NCBI RefSeq assembly: GCF_001194135.2
Contig: NC_068989.1
Coordinates: forward strand, 56,253,922-56,317,921
Source: Octopus bimaculoides
Taxonomy: Eukaryota
Length of the DNA: 64,000 nucleotides
Direction: 5' to 3'
The translations under genes were made by a program, and so were the position numbers. This document shows, piece after piece, positions 14,065-28,850 of this stretch. Under the pieces are notes generated by a model. It saw nothing but the letters and a program-made list of their open reading frames with translations. It made no database searches and had not been told where the DNA came from. The number at the start of each line of letters is the position of its first letter. The stretch's first letter is position 1.

Positions 14065-14238
14065 CTGTACGTAAAATGACAGCTTGGACTCTTTGATTCT
14101 CATAATACCTGGTCTGTATGACCCTCGTACCACAGAATAACACATGGCGAGAGTGATCGTCCATCTTAAACTTTTCGTTAGTATTATGGGTTTGGGTTGG
14201 ATATGGAAGAGGAGTCTTTAAGACAGGCACACTTTCAC
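14065..14238 (-). CDS. ATP13A3: P5B ATPase exon: ESVPVLKTPLPYPTQTHNTNEKFKMDDHSRHVLFCGTRVIQTRYYENQRVQAVILRT(G)
   Basis: cttctcag|GT...ACAG|gtgaga; 174 nt, phase 1/1; the TGES motif spans the upstream junction. Confidence 0.96.
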
Positions 14239-14558
14239 CTGAGAAGAAATAAAAAAAAATATGTATACATATATAAATAACAATTATAAAGCTGCAGAGT
14301 ATAATCGGGAATATTAAATATATTTTTCGTTAAAAGTGTTGGAAATTAATACGTGTGTGTTACAGGAGCAGGCATGGCTGTGTGGTTAAGAGGTCCATTT
14401 CCCAACCATGTGACTTCAGGATCAGTTCTATCATACAGTACTGGGTAAGTGTTTTCCACTACAGATCCATAGCCTGACTCTGACTAAAGCCTTGTGAGTA
14501 GATTTGGAAGACAAAAACTGAAAGAAACTCACTGTATGTATGAATATATACACATTTA

Positions 14559-14639
<81 letters not shown>

Positions 14640-14933
14640 TATATATTTATTGATTGATACAGCTACAGAGACTTACATACAGAACTTTGAGTTTCTGCAT
14701 CAGTGATACAAGGATCATTGCACTTCCTCAGCTGTTGCAAGTCTGGTGCTTTTAGCACCATCAATTACAAATTCATGATTACAATTGATGATGCTAAGAG
14801 CACTGAACTTGACCATGACCATGACCACCATCAGTGGACCAGTTCAATCCATGGCATGGGTAAGATGGGTTGGCACAGTAAGACTCAATACATATCCAGG
14901 AAAGTGATGGTGGGGGTTACTGCTCAATGTCCA

Positions 14934-15111
14934 GTAAGTTCACTGTCATCGATTCACTACAGGGAAAGTTCACCGTCATCAATTCACCAATTTTTTTTTC
15001 TCAATAAAATAGTTTTTAACTATTATTGGTGAGATACTATGGATATATTTTCTCAGTAAACTTTCCTCATAGTGAACTTTCTTCACAGTGAATTGATGGT
15101 GAATTTACCTG
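14934..15111. mobile_element. Small MITE-like inverted-repeat element with aagttcac/aattcac sub-repeats
   Basis: gtaagttcactgtcatcgattcac...aaagttcaccgtcatcaattcacc versus gtgaactttcttcacagtgaattgatggtgaatttac. Confidence 0.55.
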
Positions 15112-15639
15112 TATTCTACTGCTTACCTAGACAAGCTGAAGGACTACATCTCACTTGTGTGTTTCATTTTTTTTACATGGTTTCTACTGCCTGATGTCCT
15201 TAACACCAACAACTTTACTGAGTGCATATGTGGTTTTTTTTTTTTTTTCGAGCCACCAGCACTAGGGAGATGTCATACCTCCACAAGATTAAGGCTCTAG
15301 AACAGCCTTACACTTTACAGATTATACTAGCAGCATCAGCACTAGAGTGGTAGATTGTCCCTGACATAACAATGAGGTCATGGCTACCACTTTGGTGCAA
15401 GTGCCACAGTTATCTCACCCAGTACCATCATATTCTATTCCAGAGTTCCATGTCACAATGTTCACGAGCAATGATTCTTCAGTACTAGCTAGGAACTTCT
15501 TTCCATAATTCTACATTTGGAAAAATTAGNNNNNNNNNNNNNNNNNNNNNNNNNNNNNNNNNNNNNNNNTATATATATACATATACATATATATACATAT
15601 ACATATCTATATATATTTGTATATAATAAAAGAGCATAC

Positions 15640-15771
15640 CTGTTAACACACTTTCATTAACAATGCAGTTGCCGCTGATTAATACTGCATCACACTGCAT
15701 TAAACAGCCGGATCGAGGCACTTCAATCAAGTCGCCAGGGACAAGGTCTTCTGACTGGATATCTATGAAGT
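15640..15771 (-). CDS. ATP13A3: P5B ATPase exon (A domain): [43 protein letters not shown](G)
   Basis: ttttctacag|AC...ACAG|gtatgc; 132 nt, phase 1/1. A second in-frame acceptor 15 nt upstream (exon start 15786) is possible. Confidence 0.93.
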
Positions 15772-17449
15772 CTGTAGAAAACATATCTTGCAAGTAACAA
15801 CACATTATAGTCATATATGGATGGAGTGGAGTGGAGTAGATAGGAAAAGCGAGTGTGAGAGAGAGAGAGAGAGAGAGAAAAGGAGGAGAGAATTGATACA
15901 AAGAACAGCCAGCCATTACTCGTGAGTGAGTATGACTTGGCAGCACATACCATGCTTTCACTAATTGTCTTTTAGGTGTCTATGGCTCTGTGAGAAGACA
16001 AAGACACCTGCTCATTCCCCTCACTCTTGCCCCAGTGAAACATTCTGGAAGTGAAAGGAGGGGGGGGGGAGAAAGAGCAGCTCCAACACCCAGCTGGTAT
16101 TCGTGACAGCTGGTAAACTGGAGCAACATGAAACACAAGGCTCTCCTTCAATAACACAACATGTCTCCTTATCTAGGAATTGAACTCAGAACCTTGTGAT
16201 CATAAGCCAAATACCCTAACCACTAGGATTCACACCTTCACAGATTAATACAACAACAATAACAACTGTTACACAATTAAACCCAAAACAATAAAACATC
16301 AACAACTAAATGTTTAATAAAAATGAACACAGAAAATGTCATGTAAACTTTGAAAATTTGTCTGCAAGAAAACAAAACATTGAAACATTTCATTTTATAT
16401 TTAGTAACAGAATTAATAGACATATCTTTCAAGCATTTAGACATATATATTTGCACAGAGAGTTATGTACTTGTTATTGGTACAGATTTAGTTCTTTTGT
16501 AACACTAGAACTCTTTACTGTATTATCACTCTTGTAGTTCTACAGCTCATGTCTTCTAGTGATTGATTTTAACATTTCATCTTTTTGGAGCTGGCAAAGT
16601 AAGTATCATTAATAGGTGTGAACAGGCACCATGATGGCATAGCATCCAATCCAGGAGTTCGGTGGGCTTCTCATCTGATCATTGCTGTGGATGTAAGTTA
16701 TAAAGTCTAGTGTTTATCAGTCTTTGTGGTTCAGGATGTTCATTGATGTTTAGTTGTCTTTTACAATGTTGTTACAGCTGGATTTGTATTGTTGTTGATA
16801 TTGTTGCTGTTGTTGTCACTGATTTGTTCCATGTCAGCTTTGATCAAAACTCATAGTCAAAGTATTCCATTTTGCATTTCAGAAATCATGGATCAAGAAT
16901 CATATTATCCTGTGCTATGATATATTACAGACTGTGTCTGTAGATTTTCTTTTCATCAGTAATTTATATAGTATCCGGTGTCTTTCCAATAAGATGGTGG
17001 AGAGTTTATTACTATTTCTGCAATGAAATCATTATTACCACTTCCTGTCCAGATAGCATTAGATATACTTTGATTGAAAACTGGAAGCCAGCCATTTACA
17101 ATAAAAATGGACACATTCCCATTTATATTTCAAATACTGAATTTGAACATTTTAGCAAAAATTAAATTAATCTTAGTAACTGCTTTGCAAGAATTTATTT
17201 AGCTAGAACTTGGAAAAAAACAATGAAAATGAAATAAAGTTTTCTTTCGCATTACTGTGACAGGGGCACTTCCTGAGATACAAGCACAGCGTGGATGCAC
17301 TGAAAAATTACATTCTTAAGATTTGTTGTTAAATTTCAAGATTCAACTAAACAAAGATTCACTTCATTTCCAGCTGCAGTCTTCAGCCAGACTGCATCAA
17401 CAATAATATTGCAATGGCTACTTTTCATTGTATCTTCATTAAAAAACAA

Positions 17450-19750
17450 ACTGTAACTTGTTGAGTAGGGAAAGAACATTCAGGTAAAGATATTGAATCT
17501 AATGTCACAATTCTACACAGCCTTGTTGGACATTGTGAATTCTGGGCTGTAACGGTTGATGTATCATGTAAAAAAAGCACTAGAGAGTCATAGATTTCCA
17601 TTTTCATCTGACCATATTTGGCAAAAAGTCTTTGAGGTTTCTTCGTTGAATTTGTAACAGGTAATACACAAGCTCATTCTCTGGAAGCTGCTAAAATAGA
17701 TGCAGAGGCTTACCAGTAATCTTCCCTTCTCCATGCCTTATCTGGAACTGTTGTTCAACTTGTTTCTATGTTGATGATAGTTTCTTGTCTTTTTCCCCAC
17801 TTATACAATGATTTGAAACCAATTAATCCTAAACGATTTCTTGAAGATGGTATTATGAATCCCCAGTTTTTCTCTTTGGTGAACACAACAGTAGTAGTAA
17901 AAAACAGTAATAAATAATGCCCTGCTATTGACTACTCACAAATGATAAATTGTTACTACTTTCTAATGCTTACTAATTTGCTAAAATTGAAGCTCCTGTA
18001 CATTTAATTTCCTACAATAAATTCTATAAACTGTATCTGAAAGCTGCAGACCATCACATCCTAATTCTCAATGACAGTAAGAACACACATTTCAAACTGA
18101 TGGACCCTTATTTCAGTCACCATAGTTACCCTTTAGTGTGATTAATACCGTAAATGCTTTGCTTTTCAAAGTGATGGATAATGCTATTGTTGACAAGGAT
18201 ATCAAATGAGTTCATGTTTATCCTAACATTCATTACTTTAGATACAAAATTAAAAAACAAAATAATCCCCGGCAACATGATGTAGAAAGATTGAAACCTT
18301 CAGTTATCATACGTCTAGTTATACTAAACATCTTTGACTAACTCCTCCTCTAAATAGATGTTCCATTTCTTGGAATTAATTCAACACCAACCAAATACTA
18401 TTTTTTCCCATTGCCAAAAAAAAGACACCCAGTTAATGTTCCTCTACTTAAAATATCAACAGCTAATGCATCTCTCTGTATGTCTCTCACCTATCTTACC
18501 TGACATTCCACTATATGTCAGGTCTGATGCTTCTGCAACTACAATTTTGTGTGCTCTTTCACAGTGCCATAAACTTGTTGCTTTCTTCTTTATAATACTC
18601 TCTGACCCTGAACAAAATCTCTCATCAATTGAAAAGGAAGCTACAGCTATCCTAGAAAGTGCAAGGAAATGGCAATCTTTTTCACTTCAAAGCTATTTCT
18701 CATTACTCACTGATTGACAGGCCATCTTATTCACAAAAGCAGAAAAAAGTTGAAGAATGACAAGACCTCCTCCATTGGTGCATGGAATTAATGTTCTACA
18801 ATTATGATATCCAACACATACCTGGTAAAGATAACAGCTACTGATGTGCTTACCAGATGCTCTTCTATAATATCGTCTCCTAGAATCATAAATTTACATA
18901 AAATTTTGAAACTTGAAGACAGCACTATGTCAGGTCTAAGAACTTGCCATTTTCTTTGGAAGATGTCAAAAAAAATTAAGAAACTTCATGAATATATCAA
19001 AATTAAAACACTTATTGTATCCACACAGCCATTTGAGCATTTCACTTCAAAGGTTCTCTACCATCTTCTAACTCTTACCACTTTTTGTTGGCTGAAAGCT
19101 TCCCTTTGTGTTTTCATGTTCAAATATAATAACTCTTGCTGTAATTCACTGTCCTTAAAATATGTTCTTTGTGTTTAGTGTTCTTATTTCAATTCACTAA
19201 GAACAAGGATCCTAGTTTTATTTCAAAATGTTGGTACATTTTGTGGAGAACAATAATACTGTTTAAACTGAAACAATTTCATACCATCCTGAAGGAAATA
19301 GTCAAGTAGAACTGTTAAATGGAACTATGGAGAATAATAACTCGTACACTTCATTGAAGAAAGCTGCCAGAAAAATGATGTAATAATTTAAGGGAACCAA
19401 TCCTTGTAATTAGGCATGGAATGATTTGTCTAAAATTCTCATTTGCACAGTGACAAACCTGGTGCCTCAATGCTTCATGAAAGATTATTTGTCTTTCACA
19501 TCACTTACCAGTGAAGGTTTTTACCAAGGTTGCTTTCTGATACCAGAGAGGTTTTGGTTAGATGGTTTAATTGTGGTGATAAATATGAGACTAAAGTTGA
19601 TAAGGTTAAACCAATAGATGCTATTCCTCCTTATGTTCACATTAGATATCCAGATGATCAAAATGGCTCTGTCTAGCCAAAGGATACAACTTCATCAGGA
19701 AGATCAAGCATCATTAGAAATCAATCAAATTCAAGATCCACTGAAGAGAA
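17450..19750 (+). mobile_element. Degenerate Ty3/Gypsy LTR retrotransposon internal region (RT-RNase H-integrase)
   Basis: Frame-broken fragments: AIDYSQ (RT); DIPLYVRSDAS...VAFF...SSIEKEATAILESARKW (RNase H); YDIQHIPGKDN..DVLTR; STQPFEH (integrase); YVHIRYPD. No LTRs recognised. Confidence 0.85.
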
Positions 19751-21599
19751 TTCCATTGGTAATTGTTGCTGTGTTGACTTGTTGAAGATTCTGGACTTAA
19801 CAAACATTGAGACCACTAATGAACATTCCACTGATTATTACCAGATGTCATTCTGAGTAATCTACTTGACAAGTATGCGGGTTTACATTAGTCTATTGTC
19901 AATCTAATTAATGAAAATTAAATGATGACCCCCCACTATTCAAATGACCTACTTGAACAACAAGGATCAAGAAAGAGCTAGAAAGATTAAACCTTTGAAG
20001 TGTCAGTGAATGCTATGAAATTATTCTTGCTATTTCTAGTCCTGTAGAGTTAGCATTGAAAGCTATAGAGTTATTAATGTACCAGGGTGGGACAGTAAAG
20101 AGTAACAGAAGGTGGGAGTGGCTATTATGGAAATAAATAATAATGACAAGAGTTAGTGACAGAGATGTAATGATGGCAACAACCAGTTTGGTGTTAAGGG
20201 TTTATTGATTGGTTGATAGTTGTAAGGATGGGCAATGGTAAGTGAAGAGTGATGTATGTCGACCATAAGTAACCTAGGGGTGGCGAAGAGGGAGTCATAG
20301 CTAACAGAAATGTGACAGTAAGGAGACGCATCCTACTTTTCTCAAAGCACTGTAACGAAAGAGAGGAAAATATAGATAAGGATGGTTGGGAGGGAACGGT
20401 GAATATGACAGCATGAGTGATGATAAGAAAAAGATGAGAGGGTGACAAGGAGGTAGAGGAAAGGCGAGTGAAAGAAAGTCAGTAGAGTGCCATGGAGGTG
20501 GCAGGAGAGAGGTGGAGGGGAGTGGTGTGAAGGCCTCTTAGCCTCCATCCTTAACCCTAGTTTAACATTTTCTGCATCATGCTTGCAAGGGAGAGCAAAT
20601 CTTATCTAGCAGAGCATGTTTCTTTTTGAAGCTCTCTGTCATCTCTTTCAGTGTAAACATCATTCTTCACTATTTCATCGCACATCTTCTGAGGTTTCTC
20701 TCCTCCACAAGTTTCATCCACTTTGATGGAACAGCACATTTTGTACCTCTGTTTTAATCCATGCACATCAAATGCATTGTCTTCGCTCATGTGCACTACA
20801 CTTTTTTTTTTGTCTCTCACATATGCACACACACATATATGCACATTAACAATTACATTGAAAATAGCAAATTAATAATAACACTGAGAAAAATACACAT
20901 ATAAACAAACAGGTACACAAGCACACACACACACATACATATGCTAAAACCACACACATCTACAAACATAATGTAAGCACAGTTACACTGTCTATTGATC
21001 TTCCATGTATGAAACCTTGTTCAATCCACATCACTGCCAGTCATTCAACCTACCCCATTTTCAGCACGACAAAGAAAATCACATATTTCACCATGACATT
21101 CGAGTTTTTGGGTCTTTTTTTTTCTCATTTTTCTTCTACATTTTACTTACTTCTTATGATCTCTCTTACTGAACATGTGCTTAAGCAAGATATGCCTAAC
21201 ACATTTCCATTTTCTTAATCTCTCCTGGTGTTCCAAACTAATAATCATATCTTGCTTTCGCATGATTATTCTCAACATTATATATTGATATATAGACTAA
21301 GAAGTTCGCTTCACAACCACATGGTTTCAGGTTCAATTCCACTACATGGCTTCTAGGGGAAGTATCTTTTACTATAGCACCAGGCCAACCTTGTGCATGG
21401 ATTTGGTGGACAGAAATTGAAAGAAGCCCACATATGCATGTGTCTCTTTGTCTTAACATCATGTGATGGTTGTAAGTAAATGTCACTGCACTACAAATGA
21501 TGTTGTTTCTTATCTTCCATGAAAGTATGTACAGCCAATGCGAAATATTACCTTAAATAGGAAAAAAAATTTTGTCTGTCCCATTCAAACATTGAAAAG

Positions 21600-23200
21600 A
21601 GAATGCCAAAATGATGATAATGACTATATTTCTCATGTGTTCTTAGAATTTATTTCTCCTGAACATCTGCCACATACAAAGCTTACTTTCTCTGTTAACC
21701 TTCCAGTGGTTCCTTGGCACTCCTTTTGTGTCCATATTTTTTACTGACCACATGGAGTTTTAACTTATACTTTTTTTACATGCTACTCAGGGCCATTTTC
21801 CTGAAATGGGTAGAGTCCAGTCTGTTTTCCTGCTTTTGGTCATTGCAAAGTTAAGTTTAAAGCTCTGTGGTTCCAGGTTTTGCTTCCACACCTGAAAATT
21901 CTTTTCTCATTCTATTACAAATTTAGATTTAACAATTGATGCCACAAGCAAAAAAGGAGCTCTCATAGGCAACTGGTCTAAAACTCCTCAGTTGTGGCCT
22001 GGAGGACTGGGAGGAACAGAAGAGGACCAAGAACCAAGTCCCGGTGAGCTCTTACCTATACACTAAATTTGTTGCTGTACTTGTGGCTAACATTCATCTT
22101 GCTGACAACAACTCTGTGCATGGCTTGTATGGTTCTCACAAGCTAATTGTCTACTCTCTAGTGCTTATTTCATAAGGAAGATAGCATCACTGTTACACAG
22201 GTCTGGCATAAATCATAACTGAATTTCACCTAAACAGATTCTCTTCCTAATCAATTATGCTAAAATTATTATTTCCATAGCTTGGTTCATTACTTTGATA
22301 CCATTCTAAATAATTCTATCTCAGGCAATCGTAATGGTTATGATTATCCTTTTATGCCAATCATTGGGTATGGCACCTAGCCTGCATTACTTGGCTAACT
22401 ATGTGAGTGACTAGCTTCAGACCTACTTTGCCACATATTTTCAGTACCCCAAAAACTCTACCTGATGGCCTATCTGCCTTCATACAGCTGTCTATCACAA
22501 TAGCTGTTCCTCTGTTGGGTATATTTATGGTAGTTTAGTTGTTCTTTTTTTCAATCATGTCCCATATTCAGCAGCCTTTTGTAGTAACTTTTTCCAAGCT
22601 TCTTCCTTCACAGCATCAATGAGAATAAGCGAACCACTGTCATTTCAAATGCACCATTCCTTAACAATCTCGCTATTCACCTTAGCACACTACTTTGCAA
22701 TCCAACATACCTCATACAGTTGATCATTTCAAGACAAAACACTAGCAAACCTCCTGTTTCAGTTTTTCACCTCATGATATAAACTTATAACCTAGCTTCC
22801 TTTCTAGCTCTGCTTTTTACTTCCTACTTTCTCACTTTCTTACCAGGTCAGCTTTTTAGTTTTTATGGCTCTATCTACAGCAATACTTCACCATATTGTT
22901 TCATCTAGGTGAAACTTTGCTCCAGTCATAGTTCTAATCTATAGCTTCTTGGTTATCTCACGGAAAATTGCTGTCTTCTTCTTCTGTACTAGTAGCTACC
23001 ACTGCCTCTCCTCAGCTCACTTATTGCTGACATCTACACTCTCCTACCACAAACAATTTCTACACCTATCCATTGCTTATACTTTCCTTTACCTACAAAT
23101 AACATCAGTAATAACTCTTCATTATGCAAAACCGAACTGTATCTCATCTAATTTTTTTCTCTTCCCAGTTAATTAAGGTACAATCTTTTCCATAATTTTC
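21600..23200 (-). mobile_element. Highly decayed RTE LINE remnant
   Basis: Minus-strand segments resemble the 50.5-51.6 kb RTE copy (e.g. 21640-21740, 22570-22640); boundaries uncertain. Confidence 0.5.
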
Positions 23201-25269
23201 ATAACTTGGTCCAAGAATTTGATGCCTACAATAGTTTCTGTTCAAATTTTTCTCTCAAAATTTAAACAAATTCAAAAAACATAATTTTTCCATCAAGGTG
23301 AATAACTCTTTTACAACATAAGTGAATTATCGCCCTTTGACCGACACTTTTTATTCTGGACAAGAGAAAGTAATGCATGAATATTGTCGATAATAAAGAG
23401 TTCTAAGTGAAGGAAAGGGCATGAGAATAATATAGATGAGGTGGTAGATGTTAAAAAGAAAATTTAATAACCTAGACCTGTGGTTCTAAGAGACCCTAAG
23501 CTGATCTATGCTGTGGTTTACTGTCAATAAATAAACACTACATGTTACTGTGCTTTGCCCAGGAAATTATAATGCTAAGATAGTCTTGATCTAGTTAGAG
23601 ACAGAAAGAATTTATAAGAGGGGATAAGGTACAAATATAATAGTTTAAAGCTGCGGTCCTGAACAGCAACTCCCAGGGCCTCATGCGGCCCTCAAGCATC
23701 CTTCCAACAGCTCTTGAAGGTCTTCCCTCAATAAATTTTCATTTTGCTTCAGTTTTGGTGCAGTCCCCTAAAAAAATCCAGGTTTGTGATTTGGCCCAGA
23801 TATTAAAAAGGTTAAAAACCAATGGTCTAAAGTGAAGTAAAGGGAAGAAAAATTCAGCTGGAGAGATGAGAAATGAAGGAGTGATGATGAGGATAAAGTG
23901 TAAAGAAAAAAGAAAGAATCTAAATCTGTGACTTTGAGCTTTGTTCTGCACCTTCTTCAATTCCCTCTAAACATGTGACCTTAGATTTTATGACCCTATC
24001 TATCACATCATACTAAACTCCATCATGTCTGGTTGAAACATTACAACATCCACAGACCTACTGGCAGGGCCAGATTTATGTAGGGACCAATATGGGCCAC
24101 AGCTCAGGAACCCCCAAGCTTGATGGGGACACCCTTAAACTGAGAGAAGCATAAAGCTTGGACCTAAAAATTATTTAAAATATATTTACAGCAATCAAAT
24201 AAATAATTCATAATTATTTTATTTGTTTAAAGTTTTGAAATCCAATAGAGTTTTAAAATGACTGAGCTCTATTAATTTACTGGGCCCTTTTAAATTAAAA
24301 AAATATATAAATTTAACTGAGTCTTTCTCTATCTATCAAGGTCCTTTTTAAGTTTTGGGGCTCCTTGATTTAATAGGTTCTCTTTATTATTTTATAATGT
24401 TTAGAATTAGCAAAATCATAGCTTCACATATCTACTGCAACCCCCACCCCACGAACCTCCCTGCCTAATGATCTGTGGCTTACTGTAGGTGTTCCCCCCC
24501 CCAAAAAAAAAAACTCCCAGTTGTCTATAAGATATGTTATAGGTCTCTATCCAATCATTTTTTAAACATCACTGTTACCTACAACTTTCCTTTCACACTT
24601 TCTTTACCATCCATCTTTAGATGGTTTAGCTTTAACCTGTTTGTAACCAACCAGCCTAAGATCACCCTTGGTTCTATGATACAAACTTCATATTTTAAAG
24701 TGTCAATCTATTCCATTTCCTGGTGAGTATGAAGAGTATTTGGCATGTATGTTCACCTGCATGGGTTTCAAAATCCTACCTCTATTTTATACCTACAACT
24801 TTCTATGGTACACTTTATTATTAACTTCTCTCAGTATAGACTCAACTCAAGGCTTCTACCCAATAATTTTGCCACTTTCACACTGCTCTTTATTTTCATA
24901 ATTCTTGTGACTTCATTCTTTACATTTAATTGCAGATTCCATCCACTTGGATAGCACACCAATTCCCTACCTAATTAACATCCTTCAAACATTATACATA
25001 TGCACCAATGCATTCTCTTCTCTTGCACTCTACATACAATTCTTCTTAGATCCAGTTTTATACTCTCAACTCATATGCACACTAACACTACACATCCATT
25101 CCTTCATGCACACTAACACTACACATCCAAAAGACTATGCACACTTCAGTTCTTCTCACCTTGTGCATATCCTTGTGCATCTTCATTACCATAAAATATA
25201 ATCAAACATCACACTTCATACACAGGCATCATACAATCTACTCTTCATTGCAAGAAAAAGAGATAATCT

Positions 25270-25560
25270 TTTAGTTCCTAGTAGATGTAATAAGCTTTCT
25301 GAATGTTTCTCACCCACTTCTTACTCTAGCTTCTGAGCTTTCAGATCATCGCCCCAAATACTATTAAGGGTTTAGCCTAGGTAACAGAGGCAGTCAGCTA
25401 CAACAGTTAATCCTTCCCAACATTTGAAGTAATTCATCTCATAGGTGCTCTTACTGTTAATGACTCCTATGCATCTGCTGCTCATGAAGTCCTTCTCTGT
25501 CAGCATGAGTGTGGTACCACTAGCATAAACCACTTTGCTCCTCTTTGTTTTCACTAGATA
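25270..25560 (-). mobile_element. RTE LINE fragment
   Basis: RCIGVINSK...VVADCLCYLG resembles KCSEAINTEN...VDSFCYLG of the 54.8-kb copy. Confidence 0.6.
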
Positions 25561-26666
25561 CTTACATAATAGGAGTTAATGGAGTTTTTTTTTTAATGAA
25601 AGGAAGGTCAACTAGTACAACTAGTGAAAGTACAGAATTGGTCATACGACGAAAAATGTATTTACTTTAAGCTAGATGTATGAATATTTGTTCAAACAAA
25701 TATATAAAAGTACACACATTCATATATGTGCACATGGCACCACCAAAGGTTACTCCCAAGAATAAAATGTATGTGAAATAAGCTGCAGTCAAGAATTTGA
25801 GTTATGAAGGACATCTTGACAACATGTTCTAAATATTGGCACAAAGCCACAAATTTTTGAGAAGGGGTTACTCAAATCACTCCTAATATATGACTGGTAC
25901 TTGATTTTATAATCCCTAGAAAAGTGAAATGTAAAGTTGACCTTGGCAAGATTTGAACTCGTCATATGGCGCCATAACTGAACACTGCCAGTCATTTTGT
26001 CTGATGCTCTACCAATTCTGCTGCCCCATATCCTAAGTATTATTCTAGATCTAACATAAACAGGATTCATTTTGGTTTACAAAGAAAGGAAGATTAATTT
26101 CTTTGAAATTTTTACAATTTATATATCTTTCTATTTTCGGAGTTCATGCCTCACATTTACATATACAGGTATGGCTATGTGGTTAAGAAACTTGCTTCCC
26201 AGCCATGTTGTCACGGGATCAGTTCCACAGCTTAGCTGGCCAAAGCCTTGTGAGTGGAGAGACAGAAATTGGAAGAAGCTTATGATGTGTGTGTGTGTGT
26301 GTGTGTCTCCATCTTTGTCTTGACATCATGTGAGGGTTGTAAATAAGCATAACTATCATACAAGACATGTTTGTTTTGAAGCCTTCCACGAAACATATGT
26401 CTGGTCATGGAAAACATTACCTTGCTTAGAAACGAGGGTCAGTGATGGGAAAAGCATCTAACCACAAAAAATCAATGAATTCCATCTGACTCATGCAAGC
26501 ATGAAAAATTGGATATTTCCTCTTTATAGAAGGGGAAAATAAACTGTAATGTTGGAAACTTTTCCAATGGCATTCATAAGCTAAGTTCCCACTGGTAAAT
26601 TTGGATTTTGTTTCGCAAAGGAATTCCCACTGTTCCATCCACAACAATGAATACACACACACATGC

Positions 26667-26703
<37 letters not shown>

Positions 26704-28639
26704 TGCATACATACACACAGACACATACACTGATCAAAAGTACATGCTAGTGATGCAAAAAGCATAAAGCATGCTTATTGAAGAAATGTGGTGAATAACT
26801 AGAAAACTAGAGGAGGGTACCTTGGATGATATCATGGATAGACAGAGAACTGGTTTTTCTCAAAGCATGACATGTCAAGTTACTGCCAGGAAATCTAATT
26901 GCCTGAAGTGGGAGAAAATTTTAAATGGAACTAAAAAGTGAGGAAGACAGGAAACTAAAGTTTTTAAAAAAGAAAATAGAAGTGTGAAGATTGTGTCTAT
27001 GATGTCACAGAGCCCTGTCTCTTTCTTATTGTGCCACACCAAAACTAAACATAGAAAAATGTTTACATTCAATGGGAGTGATTGTTCTACTTCTAAGCAT
27101 CTAACATTTTCCTCCCACCAAGACGGTGTACTGATGGACATAGTGATAATGATGATGATGATGAGAAAGATGCTGATAATGATGCAAACAAGGAAAACAT
27201 AACTAATTATTAATGCACTATACACTTTGATCTCTCTGCAGACGGAATATAGGTATTCTTTCCCTGATGACAGTCTAAAAGACTAGAAACTAGTTAGACC
27301 GAGCCCATATTTTCTGCTCATGGAAAGATTAAGTCTTGTGATGTAACAATTTGTTTTACTTTTTAGAGAGAGATTAAAATTGTATATTTACCAAAAAAGA
27401 AAATATCTTATATTAAAATTGCAATTATCCAAAAACACTTTATAGTGCATAATTAAATAATTAATTAGAGTAACTTTTTTTCGTGGGATTTTTGTTTTTG
27501 TCTTGTTTTTTGTTTTTCCAATAATTTCTAAAAAAGATGAGATAGTACTATACATGATTACCACTAACTAGAAATTTATAAGAACTTTATCATAGTTTTA
27601 GGGGGGAAAAAATTAAATTATATATATTTATATATGTGAACCCTTTGTATCCTTTTCATACTCTTAAGATTTTGCATTCAAATTTCTAATCCCACCTCAC
27701 ACTGTGAGAAAACAGTTACCTCCCATCGTATTAAATGCCATCCAGAGAGTATCACTCATGTATGATAAAAATAATTCTCAGTTAATATTCAAGTGTTACA
27801 ATGGATAATCTGATGAGCAGTTGGTTTCTCAACTGAAGTGTCTTGTGACTTTCTACCATCTCCACCCATTAGGTTTCTGCTTCTGCTGTTGACTGTCGAT
27901 GATGACAACGACGACGACAATGATGATGACGATGACAGTGAAGACATTGCTGTGTCTTTGATAATAAACATGCAACACAATCTCTTATCTCATTACTTAC
28001 CTGACAATGCAACAGGCAAGAAAAGGAGAGAACAACTTGAAAACAAAAAAACAAAATAACTGAAGACTCACAGGAAATAGAAAACATTTCCTAATTTTCT
28101 GAGGAACCATTTCAGGAAGAAAGTGGACAAAATGGTTTCAGTGAGTCATTGATTTATAAGATTACCAAATAGTAATTTTTGTATATTGTATTAATATTAC
28201 ATATGAATATCTATATGTACATATGTATAAATATTTGTATTTGTGTGTATGTTCATATCCATTCAATGGTGCATATTTAACTGATGATATATTTGTTGGT
28301 GGTAGGGGAAAGAAGATAAAATGCAGTTCTGGAGATGCATTCTTGAGTTAAAACTGTGATGTTAGGGTTTTCAATGTATGTGTCTTGGGTGTAGCCAGAG
28401 CTATAGAATAAAATGTCTCATAAGTTCAAAATATATGTATGTGTTACTATATTTGAACAGGTAATGATGAGAATTAAGAAATAAGGAGAGAAGAATCCTC
28501 TTCATATACTCCTTAAATTCTTTAAAGTGTTTCAGTTTTAAAGCTGCGGTCATGCTGGGGCACTACTGTTGGCTGGGCTACACCATTATTTGAAAATGCC
28601 TCTGATATGTGGCATTTGATGAATGAGGGAGTTTGATGA

Positions 28640-28850
28640 TGCTGCCCTCATTTGTGCTTCCTGCCGTGAAGTAGGCTCATCCGGAAACTTGACAGGAGGA
28701 GATCCAGTTTTGTTTGGAAGACACCTACATCCACACCATGCAAATCGCTCAGGCATTTTGAAAGGATATTGAAGAGCTGTATGCCCTTGAAACCCAAGGT
28801 GTTGCAGTATCTGCTCTGTATTTTGATGGTGACGCTGGAATCTTTGGCAC
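28640..28850 (-). mobile_element. CR1/Jockey-like LINE 3' fragment
   Basis: NTLGFKGIQLFNILSKCLSDLHGVDVGVFQTKLDLLL resembles the LFN.LP..LR....F...LD..L motif. Confidence 0.65.

Noticed and set aside
27805-27845. CTGATGA followed by a perfect cagttg/caactg hairpin, resembling a hammerhead
   Set aside because: The downstream core reads GAAG, not GAAA; the stem II register does not fit and there is no stem I complement
27789-27980. Ser-rich minus ORF and Asp-rich plus ORF (27838-28059)
   Set aside because: Explained by a degenerate (GAT/GAC)n microsatellite; no homology motif and not needed for the exon chain
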